This document shows, piece by piece, positions 12,675-25,048 of a DNA stretch of 64,000 bases (position 1 is the first letter of the stretch; each line of letters begins with the position of its first letter). The stretch is from Mobula hypostoma. Lineage: Eukaryota. Below the pieces are notes generated by a model that saw nothing but the letters and a program-made list of their open reading frames with translations, was not told the DNA's origin and ran no database searches. The position numbers and the translations under genes are program-made. The stretch lies in NCBI RefSeq assembly GCF_963921235.1, contig NC_086108.1, forward strand, positions 10,540,001 to 10,604,000, in the 5' to 3' direction.

Positions 12675-13020
12675 TGGACGACCTTAATTGAGGCATAGAT
12701 AGAGTGGACAGGGAGTATCTGTTTCCCAGGGTAGAAATGTCCAGAGGACATTCATTGCAGATGGGAGGGGGTAGGTTCAAGGGGAATGTGAGGGTTACGT
12801 ATTTTACTCAGAGAGTGGTGGATCCCTGGAATGCGCTGCCTGGTATAGCGGTGGAGGCAAATACATTAGAGGCTTTCAAGAGATGTTTAGATAGGGACAT
12901 GGATGTAAGGAAGATGGAGGGATATGGACATGGTGTAGGTAAGAGGGATTAGTTTTGTCCTTTTCAATTTTCTTCTTAGTTGGTTGAATACAACATTATG
13001 GGCCAAAGGGCCTGTTCCTA
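12675..13020 (+). mobile_element. CR1 3' end fragment
   Basis: DREYLFPRVEMSRGHSLQ..YFTQRVVDPWNALP. Confidence 0.75.
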
Positions 13021-13021
13021 T

Positions 13022-13678
13022 AGTGATAGTCATAGTCATACTTTATTGATCCCAAGAGAAATTGGTTTTCCATAAATAATTAAATAGTAATATGTAAGTG
13101 CCAGGAAATAAGTCCAGGACCAACCTATTGGCTCAGGGTGTCTGACCCTCCAAGGGAGGAGTTGTAAAGTTTGATGGCCACAGACAAGAATGACTTCTTA
13201 TGACGTTCTGTGTTGCATCTCAGTGGAATGAGTCTCTGGCTGAATGTACTCCTGTGCCCACCCAGTACATTATGTAGTCGATGGGAGACATTGTCCAAGA
13301 TGGCATGCAACTTGGACAGCATCCTCTTTTCAGACACCACCGTCAGAGAGTCCAGTTCCATCCCCACAACATCACTGGCCTTACGAATGAGTTTGTTGAT
13401 TCTGTTGGTGTCTGCTACCCTCAGCCTGCTACCCCAGCACACAACAGCAAACATGATCGCACTGGCCACCACAGACTCGTAGAACATCCTCAGCTTCGTC
13501 CGGCAGATGTTAAAGGACCTTAGTCTCCTCAGGAAATAGAGACGGCTCTGACCCTTCTTGTAGGCAGCCTCAGTGTTCTTTAACCAGTCCAGTTTATTGT
13601 CAATTCGTATCCCCAGGTATTTGTAATCCTCCACCATGTCCACACTGACCCCCTGGATGGAAACAGGGGTCATTATTC
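13022..13678 (-). mobile_element. Rex1-like LINE 3' fragment with open RT C-terminal frame
   Basis: ORF 13125-13673 (-) YKYLGIRIDNKLDW..KKGQSRLYFLRRLRSFNIC..FYESVVASAIMFAVVCWG..SFLSVAIKLYN; AATAAA followed by (ATGACT)n tail. Confidence 0.85.
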
Positions 13679-14169
13679 AGTACTTGCTCCAGTGACCTCA
13701 TGAGGGGCACTGGTAGGTTGAATGCACACAGTCTTTTATCCCCAGCGATAGAGAACCAAAAAAATAGAGGGCATAGGTTTAAAGTAAGAGGGGAAAGGTT
13801 TAAAAAGGACCCGAGGGGCAACTTTCTCATGCAGCATGTGGAGTGTATATGGAAAAAGCTACCGGGGGAAATGGTTGAGGCAGCTACAAATAAGACATTT
13901 AAAGAATTAAAGGTTAAACATTAGATTCATCAAAACATACACTGAAATGTGTCGTTTGCATCGACAACCAACACAGTTAGGGGATATGCTGGTGGCAGCC
14001 TGCAAATGTTGCCATGCTTCCTGCGCCAACATAACATGCCCACAGCTCACTGACCCTGACCCGTGAGCCTTTGGACTGTGGAAGGTAACTGGAGTATCCA
14101 GAGGAAATCCATACAGTCATGCAGATAAATTCCTTACAGTCAGTGGCAGGAATTGAACACGGGTAAGGC

Positions 14170-17100
14170 ACGGCCTGCCTTTGAAAAAGCCATGCTGACT
14201 ATTCCTAATCATATTATGCCTCTCCAAATGTTCATAAATCCTGCCTCTCAGGATCTTTTCCATCAACTTACCAACCACTGAAGTAAGACTCACCTGTCTA
14301 TAATATCCTGGGCTATCTCTACTCCCTTTCTTGAATAAGGGAACAACATCTGCAACCCTCTAATCCTCCAGAGCCTCCCCCGTCCCCATTGATCATTGCC
14401 AGAGGCTCAGCAATCTCCTCCCTCGCCTCCCACAATAGCCTGGGAATCATATTCTCTGGTCCCAGAGACTTATCCAACTTGATGCTTTCCGAAAGCTCCA
14501 GCACATCCCCTTTCTTAATGTCTACATGCTCAAGCTTTTCAGTCTGCTGTAAGTCATCCCTACAATTGCCAAGATCCTTTTCCATAGTGAACACTGAAGC
14601 AAATTATTCATTAAGTACCTCAGCTATCTCCTCCAGTTCCATACACGCTTTTCCACTGTCACACTCAATTGGTCCAATTCTCTCACGTCTTATCCTTTTG
14701 CTCTTCAATTACTTGTAGAATGCCTTGGGGTTTTCTTTAATCCTGTTCGCCAAGGCCTTCTCATGGCCCCTTCTGGCTCTCCTAATTTCATTCTTAATCT
14801 CCATCCTGCTAGCCTTATAATCTTCTAGATCTCTATCATTATCTAGTTTTTTGAACCTTTTGTAATCTTTTCTTTTCTTCCTCACTAGATTTACAACAAC
14901 CTTTGTACACCATGGTTCCTGTACCCTACCATCCTTTCCCTGTCTTATTGGAACGTACCTATGCAGACTGCCACACTAATATCCAGATTTCTACCGTACA
15001 TTTCCCTGAGAACACCTGTTCCCAATTTCTGGTTTCAAGTTCCTGCCTGATAGCTTCATATTTCCCCTTAATCCAATTAAACGCTTTCCTAACTCATCTG
15101 TTCCTGTACCTCTCCAGTGCTATGGTAAAGGAAATAGAATTGTGATCACTATCCCCAAAATGCTCTCCTACTGAAAGACCTGACACCTGACCAGGTTCAT
15201 TTCCCAATACCAGATCAAGTACAGCCTCTTCTCTTGTAGGCTTATCTATATAATGTGTCAGGAAACCTTCTTGAGCACACCTAACCAACTCCACCCCATC
15301 TAAACCCCTTGCTCTAGGAAGATGCTAATCAATATTTGGGGAATTAACATCTCCCACCACAACAACCCTGTTATCATTTCACCTTTTCAGAATCTGTCTC
15401 CCTATCTGCTCCTCAATGTCCCTGTTACTATTGTGTGGTCTATAAAAAACACCCAGTAGAGTTATTGACCTCTTCCTGTTTCTAACTTGCACCCACAGAA
15501 ACTCGGTAGACAATCCCTCCATGACTTCCTCCTTTTTTGTAGCTGTGACACTATCTCTGATCAGCAGTGCCACGCCTCCACCTCTTTTACCTCCCTCCCT
15601 CCCTGTCCTTCCTGAAACATCTAAAGCCTGGCACTCTAAGTAACCATTCCTGCCCCTGAGCCATCCAAGTCTCTGTAATGGCCACAACATCACAGCTCCA
15701 AGTACTGATCCACGCTCTAAGCTCATCTGCTTTGTTCATGATGTTTCTTGCACTAAAATAGACACATCTCAAACCATTGGTCTGAGCGTATCCCTTCTCT
15801 ATCACCTGCCTATCCTCCCTCTCGCACTGTCTCCAAGCTTTCTCTGTATGTGAGCTAACCACCCCTTCCTCTGTCTCTTCAGTTCAGTTCCAACTCCCAG
15901 CAATTCTCGTTTAAACTCTCCTTAATAGCCTCCTTAATAATTTTCAAACGATTGTGGAACGAAGTCTAGAAAAAAAAAGACATTTACATGTGCTTCCTGG
16001 ATTACGAACAAGCTTTTGACTGAGTCAATCATGAACAGCTGGTCAATTGCCTGAACTCACTGGGGCTGGATGGGAAAGATGTTCGACTGATTGCGAGTCT
16101 GTACTGGCATCAGAAGGCAGTAATAAGAACTAGTGGTGGAAATTCACTGGAAGTTGAGATCCAAAAAGGGGTTCGCTAGGGCTGCATTATCTCCCCTTTA
16201 TTATTTAACCTTTACTCAGAGGTAATCTTCAGGGTGTTGAACGATGAAGCTGGTGTCCAAATTGGTGGAGTGACGGTGAACAACTTGAGGTATGCAGATA
16301 ATTCAGTGTTGTTAGCTGAGACTGGGGATGAGTTACTCAGAATAGTAGATAAGATAAATGCTGAAGGTGAATGATTTGGAATGAAAATAAATACTGCAAA
16401 GACGAAGATGATGATAGTATCACGGAAGAAAGAAGTCCCCAAAATCAGTAGCAAAATTAACGGCATAGGTATAGAGAAAGTCAAGAAGTTTGTGTACTTG
16501 GGACAGATGGTCAAAGAGGATGGGAAATGTGATACAGAAATTAGATGAAGAATTGAGATTGCAAGATCAACGTTCTGGAGCCTGAGTGACGTGCTGTGTG
16601 GCAAGAGGTTGGACTTTGGGCTGCGATGGAGAATTTGGAAATGCTACGCCTGGAGCAGTCTGTTGTATGGTGTCGAATTGTGGAGCTTATGCAAGGAAGC
16701 GCAACGACGACTGGAGGCATTTGAAATGTGGTGTTTAAGGAGAATGCAGAAAATCAGATGGGTGATGAAGGTCAGTAATATGGAAGTGTTGAAGAGAGTG
16801 AGGGGAGAAAAGGAGTTGCTGAAGAATGTGCAGAAAAGGAAGCCGGAATATGCCGGGCACTTGTTAAGAGGTGGTGGACTGCAGAATTGTTATTGGAAGG
16901 GACGATAGGAGGAAAGAGGGAAAGAGGAAAGCAGCGAACGACTTGATACGATAATGTGAGGCAATGGACTGAGTTGAGTTATGCTGAGGCCAGAAAAAGA
17001 GCGCAAAATCGAAGAAAATGAAGGTGCATAGCCGCCAGCCACGGATTCAGGACGGCACCCACTGACTGACAGAATAGCCTGAGCAAATCTCCTTGCCAGG

Positions 17101-17975
17101 ATATTGGTCCACCTCAGATTCAAGTACAACCCGTCCTTTTTGTACAGGTCACGCCTGCCCCAAAGGAGGCCCCAGTGATCCAGAAATCTGAATCCCTGCC
17201 CCCTGCTCCGTTCCCTCAGCCACACATTTAACCCCCACCTCACTCTATTCCTATACTGTTGTGTGGCATAGGCAGTAATCCCGAGATTACTTTATTTGAG
17301 GTCCTGCTTCTCAACTTCTTTCCTAACTCTCTGTAGTCTGTTTTCAGGATCTCCTCCCTTTTCCTACTTATGTCATTGTTACCAATATGTACCATGACCT
17401 CTGGCTGTTCACCTTCCCACTTCAGGATATCGTGGACGCGATCAGAAACATCCCGGACCCTGGCCCCTAGAGGCAAACTACCATCCACGTCTCTTTCCTG
17501 CGTCCACAGAACTGCCTGTCTAACCCCCTAACTATAGAGTCCCCTATCACTGCTGCCTTCCTCCTTTCCCTACCCTTCTGAACCACAGAACCAGACTCTA
17601 TGCCAGAGACGCGGCCACTGTTGCTTCACCTACCAACAGTACTCAAACAGGAGTACTTATTGTTAAGGGAGACAGCCACAGGGGCACCCTCTAGTATCTG
17701 ACTCTTGCCCTTCCCTCTCCTGACTGTTACCCGCTTGTCTGACTCCCGAGGCCCCTGTGTGACTACTTGCCTATAGCTCCTCTCTATCACCTCCACACTT
17801 TCCCTGACCAGATGAAGGTCATCGAGCTGCATCTCCAGTTCCCTAACCCGGTCCCTAAGGAGCTGCAGCTCGACGCACCTGGTGCAGATGTGGTCGTCCG
17901 GGAGGCTGGGAGTCTCCCAGACATACCACATCCGACACCCTGTACAGAGCACCAGCCTCAGACATACTTCCTAAC
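14170..17975 (-). mobile_element. Decayed CR1 LINE (ORF1, endonuclease and start of RT), 3' part missing, split by an RTE insertion
   Basis: ORF1 pieces CTGCRMW..HICTRCVELQLLRDRVRELE, VHIGNNDI, FLDHW..DGL; ORF2 pieces CVYFSARNIMNKADEL, AITETW, FYRP, SDHN; many stops and frameshifts. Confidence 0.9.
15932..17072 (+). mobile_element. RTE-clade LINE, 5'-truncated, decayed RT
   Basis: CFLDYEQAFD, KGVR*GCIISPLLFNLYSE, NNLRYAD, FVYLG, LLYGVELWSL..RLEAFEMWCLRRM; TSD AATAGCCT at 15924-15931 and 17073-17080. Confidence 0.9.
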
Positions 17976-18009
17976 ATTAAAAGGCATTAAAAAGATTGCT
18001 GGATAAGTA

Positions 18010-18140
18010 CAACAGACACAAAATGCTGGAGGAACTCAGTAGGTCAGGGAGCATCTTCGGAAATGAATCAACAGTTGATGTTTCGGGCTGAGACCCTTCA
18101 TCGGGTGTGGCGAGGGAAAGGGAATATACCAGAATTACCA
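18010..18140 (-). mobile_element. Penelope-like terminal-repeat fragment with degenerate hammerhead core
   Basis: CACAAAATGCTGGAGGAACTCAG family; minus strand reads CCGATGA-AGGGTCTCAGCCC-GAAAC. Confidence 0.55.
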
Positions 18141-18810
18141 GTGGTGTAAGGGGCAGTCGGTAAGTAGAATTATTGGGCATGGAATCTGGTCCTTCAGCCC
18201 ATCTGGACTATGCTGATCATCCAAGTGAACCACTGCATTAGCTTTGAAACAGGAAGGGGAAGAGTTGAGCTTGGGGGAGTGAATGTGAAGGTGGCCCAGG
18301 GCTTTTACTGGGGAGGAAACTGCAAAACAAGCTGTGGTGGTGGGGCAGAGGCAGAAGGGATGGTCTACGTGGGGTCTGGCCATGGCAAATCTCTCTTTCC
18401 CCAAGACGGGCTTCGCTAGATTCTCTGCGGGTTTGATAATGAATAACTGACAGCCCACACTCAGCTGCCTGAGCGAGAGAAGGAGAATGTTGCTGAACAT
18501 TTCATGCTTGGGTAGATGTCGACGTGGTTCGCAGGTTTTTTATTACTGCGCTGGTGTGGATGCTGTGGTGCTTGAAGAATATGAAGAATAGGAAACAAAG
18601 CACCATTCATACACTGATCATCGTGTGTTAACGTCAACCAATCCCCTGGAAAAGTACCTAACAAGCATGGAGCCAGCACTCCGCTCACTGACGACAGGCT
18701 CCCAGGAGAAGGAGCCACTCTCGAATCATCATTCCCATCTGCACCATATGCAGCTCATGACCAGGAGAAAATCGGGTTTAGACACAACTCTATTTCCTGT
18801 GTAATCCACA

Positions 18811-19250
18811 GTGTCAGACCTGGGAGTGTGTGCTGGGACAGTGTAGAGGGAGCTTCTCTCTGTGTCTGACCCTGGGGTTGCGTGATGGGACAGTGCAGAG
18901 GGAGCTTCTCCCTGTGTCTTACCTGGCAGTCTGTGATGGGACAGTGCAGAGGGAGCTTCACTCTGTGTCTGACCCCGGGGTTGCGTGATGGGACAGTGTA
19001 GAGGGAGCTTCACTCTGTGTCTGACCCCGGGGTTGCGTGATGGGACAGTGTAGAGGGAGCTTCTCTCTGTGTCTGACCCTGGGAGTCTGTGATGGGACAG
19101 TGCAGAGGGAGCTTCACTCTGTGTCTGACCCCGTGGGTGTGTGATGGGACATTGCAGAGGGAACTTCACTCTGTGTCTGACACTGCGAGTGTGTGATTGG
19201 ATGGTGCGGAGGCAGCTTCATTCCGTGTCTGACCCTGGGGGTGTGTGATC
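18811..19250. repeat. 52-bp minisatellite, ~8.5 units
   Basis: Unit GTGTCTGACCCCGGGAGTGTGTGATGGGACAGTGTAGAGGGAGCTTCACTCT starts at 18811, 18862, 18914, 18965, 19017, 19069, 19121, 19173, 19225. Confidence 0.95.
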
Positions 19251-19458
19251 AGACTTCTCCTAATCTGGAAAGTCCTAGCGGGGGAGTGTTGGAGGTAAAT
19301 TCAATAATAACCCTCTAAAGGGAGCTGGGTAAGGATTTGAAAGGAAAGCACTTGCAGGACTAAGGGAGAGTAGCCGGTTTGTTCTTGTACAGTTAACATT
19401 GATGGGTGAATGGCCTTGTGATGATTGTATGACACTGTGATCCTGCAGTCAGCCTGCA

Positions 19459-19496
<38 letters not shown>

Positions 19497-19809
19497 GTGT
19501 GTGAACAATCTAAACGGTAGTTGGGAGGTTATGTTGCAGTTGTAGAAAACTCTCGTGATGCTGCACCACAAGGAACCGTAAACACAAGGAATTCTGCAGA
19601 TGCTGGAAATCCAGAGCAACACACACAAAATGCTGGAGGAACTCAGCAGGTCAGGCAGCATCCATGGAGAGGAATAACCAGTTGATGTTTCAGTATCACC
19701 CTCAGCTTTGGTTATCCTGTTATAGGAGGGACATCACTAAGCAGGGAAGGAGAGCAAAAAATATGAGTATGAGTGCTGTTGGAACTTGAGGCTTGAGTGG
19801 TTAAGACAG

Positions 19810-20352
19810 GGGAATATAAAACTATGGTTAGGCCACCTCTGGTGTATTGCATACAGTTCTGGTCACTTCACTATAGGAAAGATGCTGAGGATTTGGAGAG
19901 GGTGCAGAAGAGGTTTACCAGGATGATGCCTGGTTTAGAGGGCAGGTGCTATCACAAGAGGTTTTGCTCTGGAACACCAAAGGCGGAACGGAGATCTGAT
20001 AGAGGTTTGTAACATTATGGGAAGCATAGCTAGAGTGGGCAGGGAGTATCTGTTTCGCTGGGTAGAAATGTCTAATACCAGAGGGCATGCATTGAAGGTG
20101 AGGGGGGGTAGGTTCAAGGGGGAAGTGAGGGGTAAGTTTTTTACTCAGAGATGGTGGATGCCTGGAATGCGCATCCTGGTATGGTGGTAGAGGCAAATAC
20201 GTTAGAGGTTTTTAAGAGATGTGAGGAAGATGGAGGGATATGGATATGGAGTAGATCGGAGGGATTAGGTTTTGGGGGTTCATGAGTTAATTTTTAGTTG
20301 ATTCGATGCAACAATGTGGGCCAAAGGGCCTGTTTCTGTGCTGTACTGTTCT
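19810..20352 (+). mobile_element. CR1 3' fragment
   Basis: YKTMVRPPLVYCIQFWSLHYRKDAEDLERVQKRFTRMMPGLEG. Confidence 0.8.
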
Positions 20353-20979
20353 AATGACCTCATAATGGGTATAAAATCATGAGGGGCACTGGTAGGTTGA
20401 ATGCACACAGTCTTTTATCCCCAGGGATAGAGAACCAAAAAAATAGAGGGCATAAGTTTAACGTAAGAGGGGAAAGGTTTAAAAAAGACCCGAGGGGCAA
20501 CTTCGTCATGCAGAGTGTTGTGTGCATATGGACAGAGCTGCCAGGGGAAATGGTTGAGGCAGCTACAAATAAGACATTTAAATAATTAAAGGTTAAAGAT
20601 TAGATTAACTTTATTTTTCACGCATACATGGAATCATCAAAGCATACAGTGAACTGTGTCATTTGCATCGACAACCAACACAGTTAGGGGATATGCTGGT
20701 GGCAGCCTGCAAATGTTGCCACGCTTCCTGCGCCAACATAACATGCCCACAGCTCACTGACCCTGACCCGTGAGCCATCGGACTGTGGGAGGTAACCGGA
20801 GTATCCCAGAGGAAATCCGTATGATCATGCGGAGAAAATCCTTACAGTCACATGCAGGAATTGAACCCGGGTTACTGGCTCTGTACTAGTGTTAGGCTAA
20901 CTACTATACACTGTGCTGCAAATTTTAAAAGATTGTTTAAAAGGCATTAAAAAGAATTAAAAAGATTGCTGAATAAATA

Positions 20980-21432
20980 CAACACACACAAAATGCTGGA
21001 GGAACTCAGCAGGGCAGGCAGCATCTGTGGAGGGAATACACCATCCCTTCAATGGGACTGGTGAGGGAGGAAGAAGGTACCAGAATAAAAGGGCAGGGAG
21101 AGGAGAAGGAGTACAAGCTGGAAAGTGCTAGGTGAAGCCTGGTGGGGAGGGGGAATGAAGTGAGAAGCTGGGAGCTGATAGGTGGAGAAGGCTCCATTTC
21201 TTCCTATCATCTCCCTGGAGGGGAAGGAAGCTGATAGGAGAGGAGAGTGGAGCATAGGAGAAAAGGAAGGAGGAGGGGACCCAGGGGAAGCTGATAGGGT
21301 GGGGAGGGGGAATTGCCAGAAGTTGGAGAAATCAATGTTCATATTATCAGGTTGGAGGCTACCTAGGCAGAACATGGTGGTGAGAGTGGCCTCCTCAGGG
21401 CAGGAGAGGAAGCTATGGACTGACTGTCAGAA
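20980..21432 (-). mobile_element. Penelope-like 3' end / terminal repeat fragment
   Basis: CLGSLQPDNMNIDFSNF (-), the C-terminus of a GIY-YIG-type ORF, joined to the AAATGCTGGAGGAACTCAGC repeat. Confidence 0.65.
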
Positions 21433-21874
21433 TAGAACTTCATTTGCCTCGCTGAAGACGAGACTGTGGGGTTACTTTGTGAGAGTAGGAACGGGGACTC
21501 GATATTTCGGATAAGCACATAGATAGAAAATGTTTATTGTGATACGGGTCAAATTCAGGCAAATGGGACAAGCTTAGATGTATCTTGGTTAGCAGGAATG
21601 AGTTGGGCTGAAGGGCTTGCTTCTGTGCGACATTACTCTATGTGCTGTTTCTTGCTGCTGTATTTCACTCTCCATATTTATGGACGTCTGGGGAGCTCTG
21701 GCTCTCACAGCTCCACCTCCTGTCTCACGGGACTCTAATTTGATAGGGGCTGAAGCAGCTACCCTGTACAGGCTGCCCATTGTCCAATAGCAGCACAGCC
21801 TGTCAACTGCTGCTTCCAGTTTACCCAAGATAGATCCACGCTCATCCCACTGAACCTGGCCTCGCTCCAACTGG

Positions 21875-21884
21875 CTATTTTTAA
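21875..21884 (+). promoter_or_regulatory. MEF2 consensus site in non-repetitive island
   Basis: CTATTTTTAA fits YTAWWWWTAR; CAACTG E-boxes nearby; motif match only. Confidence 0.3.
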
Positions 21885-23544
21885 CACGCAGTGCTCCACA
21901 TCGCTTTCTGTGGCTTTTGGAAAATAACTTTGATGTCAGGATCTCTCTTTCCTCAATGTTCCTTCATTGATGCTTCCTGCATTTGCTCTGGTCCAGGACG
22001 CAACTTCAGCAAAAGCCTCCCTCCTCACTCGGTCAGAAGCATCCTGATCACGGGCGTCGTTAGAAATCTTCCCTCTTATTTTCCTATGGACGTTACCTGC
22101 CCTCTCCGTCTTCCCACTACGAGGGAGGAGGTACAGGAGCCTGAATCAGAATCAGAATCAAAATCAGGCTTGATATCTCTGGTGTATGTTGCGGAATTTG
22201 TTGTTTTGTGGCAGCAGTACAATGCAGTACATAATAAAAAACCTGTAAATTACAATAAATCATTCTCATGAACAAGCTCAGGACGCTCTTCAATGCCGGC
22301 ATATCTTATCTTAGATAAGGGGCCCCAAACTGCTCTAAATGCAGTCTGACCAGTGCTTTATGAAGCTTCAGCGTAACATCTTTGCTTTCGTATTCTAGAT
22401 CTCTCAGAGTCAGAATCAGGTTTAATATTACCGGCATATGTTGTGAAATTTGCTATGCGGCAGCAGCTCGATGCAATGCAACAATAAATAATAATAGAAG
22501 CTGTAAATTACAGTCAGTAGTTGAAGAGTTAAGTCAAATCAGTAGTGCAAAAAGAGAAAAAAAAATAGTGAGGTAGTGTTCATGAGTTCAGTGTCCATTC
22601 AGAAGTGGGATAGAAAAGGGGAAGGAGCTGTTCCTAAAACGTTGGGTGTATGGCTTCAGGCTCAAGTATCTCTTCCCTGATGGTAACAATGAGAAGACCG
22701 CATGTCCTGAGTAATGGGCTCCTTCACGATGGATCCCGCCTTTGTGAGGCATCGCTCCTCGAAGATGTCCTGGGTGTTGGGGAGGCTGGTGCTGTGACGG
22801 AACTCACTGAGACACATACTCAATACGTCAGGAACAGACTCTTCCGATTTCTGAACAGCCCATGAGCACGACCTTACTTTTCGCTCTATTTACTTATTTA
22901 CCGCACTGTGCTGCTGTTGCAAAGCAACAAATTTCCAGACACGTGTCTGCGACAATAAACCTGATTCTGATTCTGAGCTCTGCTGAGTGTACAGGTCCCT
23001 ACAATCCCCCTCCTCAGCCATGTCCTTCCCTGTCGTTGGGGGCCTGGAAACCCTTTCCACTCGTGTAACTTCTCCCGTTCTAAATAGCAACTGGAGAATT
23101 TCTCATCTCGGGTGGTCCAGGACCGCACATCCACTGGAGGCTGGATATCAAAGACAGTTTGCACTGAGGTTAGAGCACTGTGTATGTGAGCGTGTAGGGA
23201 GGAAGGAGAATCCAGGGTTACTTTTCTGGTGCTGTTTGGTTGCTTGTTGTGTTCTGTGTTAGTCTGCATCGTGGGCATGCTACGTTGGGGCCGGAGTGAG
23301 TGCTGATCCTTGTGGGCTGCTCCCAGCACGTCCTTAGCTGTGTTGGCCATTGACACAAACAACATGTTTTGCTGTATATTTCAATGCATGTTTGATAAAT
23401 AAAGTCTAAGTTTGTGCCTGAATATGACCCTCTCTTCCCAGTAATATCTTCCTCAAGAAACATTGTGTTCTCCCCAACACCTCTCCCCTTTCTCCTCTTC
23501 CCTGACCTTTTGTGTCAGGAACATGAAGAACCACAAGACCAAAA

Positions 23545-24590
23545 GACCATAAGACAGAGGAGCAGGATTAGGCCATTCATCTCATCGAGCCGACTCTACC
23601 ATTGATTTATTATCCCTCTCAATCCTCTCTTGCCGTCTCCCTGAAACATTTGACACCCTTACTAATCAAGAGCCTATCAACCTCCACATTAAATATATTC
23701 AATAACCTGGCCTCCACAGGCTTCTGTGGCAATGTATTCTACAGATTCATCACCCTCTGGCTAAAGGAATTCTTCCTCATTTCTGTTCTAAATGGACATC
23801 CCTCTATTCTGAGGCTGTGCCTCCCCGCCCCGTCCAAGAATCTGTCATTATCGGAACTATTGTCTCCATTGTCACTCTGTCCAGGCCTTTCAATATTAGA
23901 TCGGTTTCAATGAGATCCCCCCTCATTCTTCTGAACTCTAGTGAATACAGCCCCAGAGCCATCAAACGCTCCTTATACATTAACCTTTTCATTCCTGGAA
24001 TCATCCTTGTGAATGTCCTCTGGACCGTCTCCAACGCCAGCATATATTTTCTAAGATAAGGGGCCCAAAACTGCTCACAATACTCCAAGTGAGGCCTCAC
24101 CAACGTATTATAAAACTTCAGCTTTACATCCTTGCTTTTATATTCTAGTCCTCTTGAAATGAATGCTGACATTGCATCTGCCTTCCTCACCGCTGACTCA
24201 ACCTGCAAGTTCACTTGGGGAATCCAACACAAGAACTCCTAAGTCCCTTTGCACCTCTGACTTCTGAATTTTCTTCCCGGTTAGAAAATAATCTACGCCT
24301 TTATTCCTTCTACAATATTGCATGACCATACATTTCCCTGCACTCTATTCCATCTGCCACTTCTTTGCCTACTCTCCTAATTTGTCTAAGTCCTTCTGCA
24401 GACTCCCTGCTTCCTCAACACTACCTACCCCTCTGCCTACCTTCGTATCATCCACAAACGTGGCCACAAAGCCACCAATCCCGCCATCCAAATCATTGAC
24501 ATATAACGTGAAAAGAAGTGGTCCCTCTACCGACCCCTGCAGACCACCGTTAGTCACCAGCAGCTAACCGGAAAAGGCCCCCTGTATGCT
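23545..24590 (-). mobile_element. CR1 3' fragment (~1 kb, decayed RT)
   Basis: LQGSVEGPLLFTLYVNDLD..FVDD; LVRPHLEYCEQFWAPYLRK; (TCTTATGG)-like tail. Confidence 0.9.
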
Positions 24591-25048
24591 AATATTTTTC
24601 CTGTTATGAGGAAAATTGTGAGACCAAGAATCGATCTTATTGTACTAAAGGACCGATCAATCTTCTTATAAGAGCAAGGAGATGTCCTTGAGCCTGGCAA
24701 TATGTGTTTTCAGGATTTTGTATCTTCTGTATGATGTGGGGTGGGGTGGTGGGGGAGAGAGAATCGGGGTGGGTGGAGTTAGGCTGGCTGTTTTACAAAG
24801 TAAAAGTGTAAACATGATTAAGGGAGGGGAGGTGCAGTGGAAGCCCTGTTCTATCTAACTGTACTGTTAGTCAGAATCAGGTTTATTATCACTGTGCTTC
24901 TGCTGGTGCTAGTGGGGTGGGGAGAAGGTTGATGCTTCTGTGTGGGGGGGAGGGGAGCTTTGAGGTTCTGATGTTTCCATCATTTGTTCTTTGGGGTTTC
25001 TTGATTCAAGGATGTCTGTGAAGAGTAAGAATTTCAGGTTGTATACTA

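Noticed and set aside
18135..18800. Overlapping ORFs in unique sequence
   Set aside because: No recognisable protein similarity or consistent splice signals
18729..19169. 146-aa repeat ORF; CRISPR-like appearance
   Set aside because: Contiguous 52-bp tandem units with no unique spacers, in a eukaryotic context
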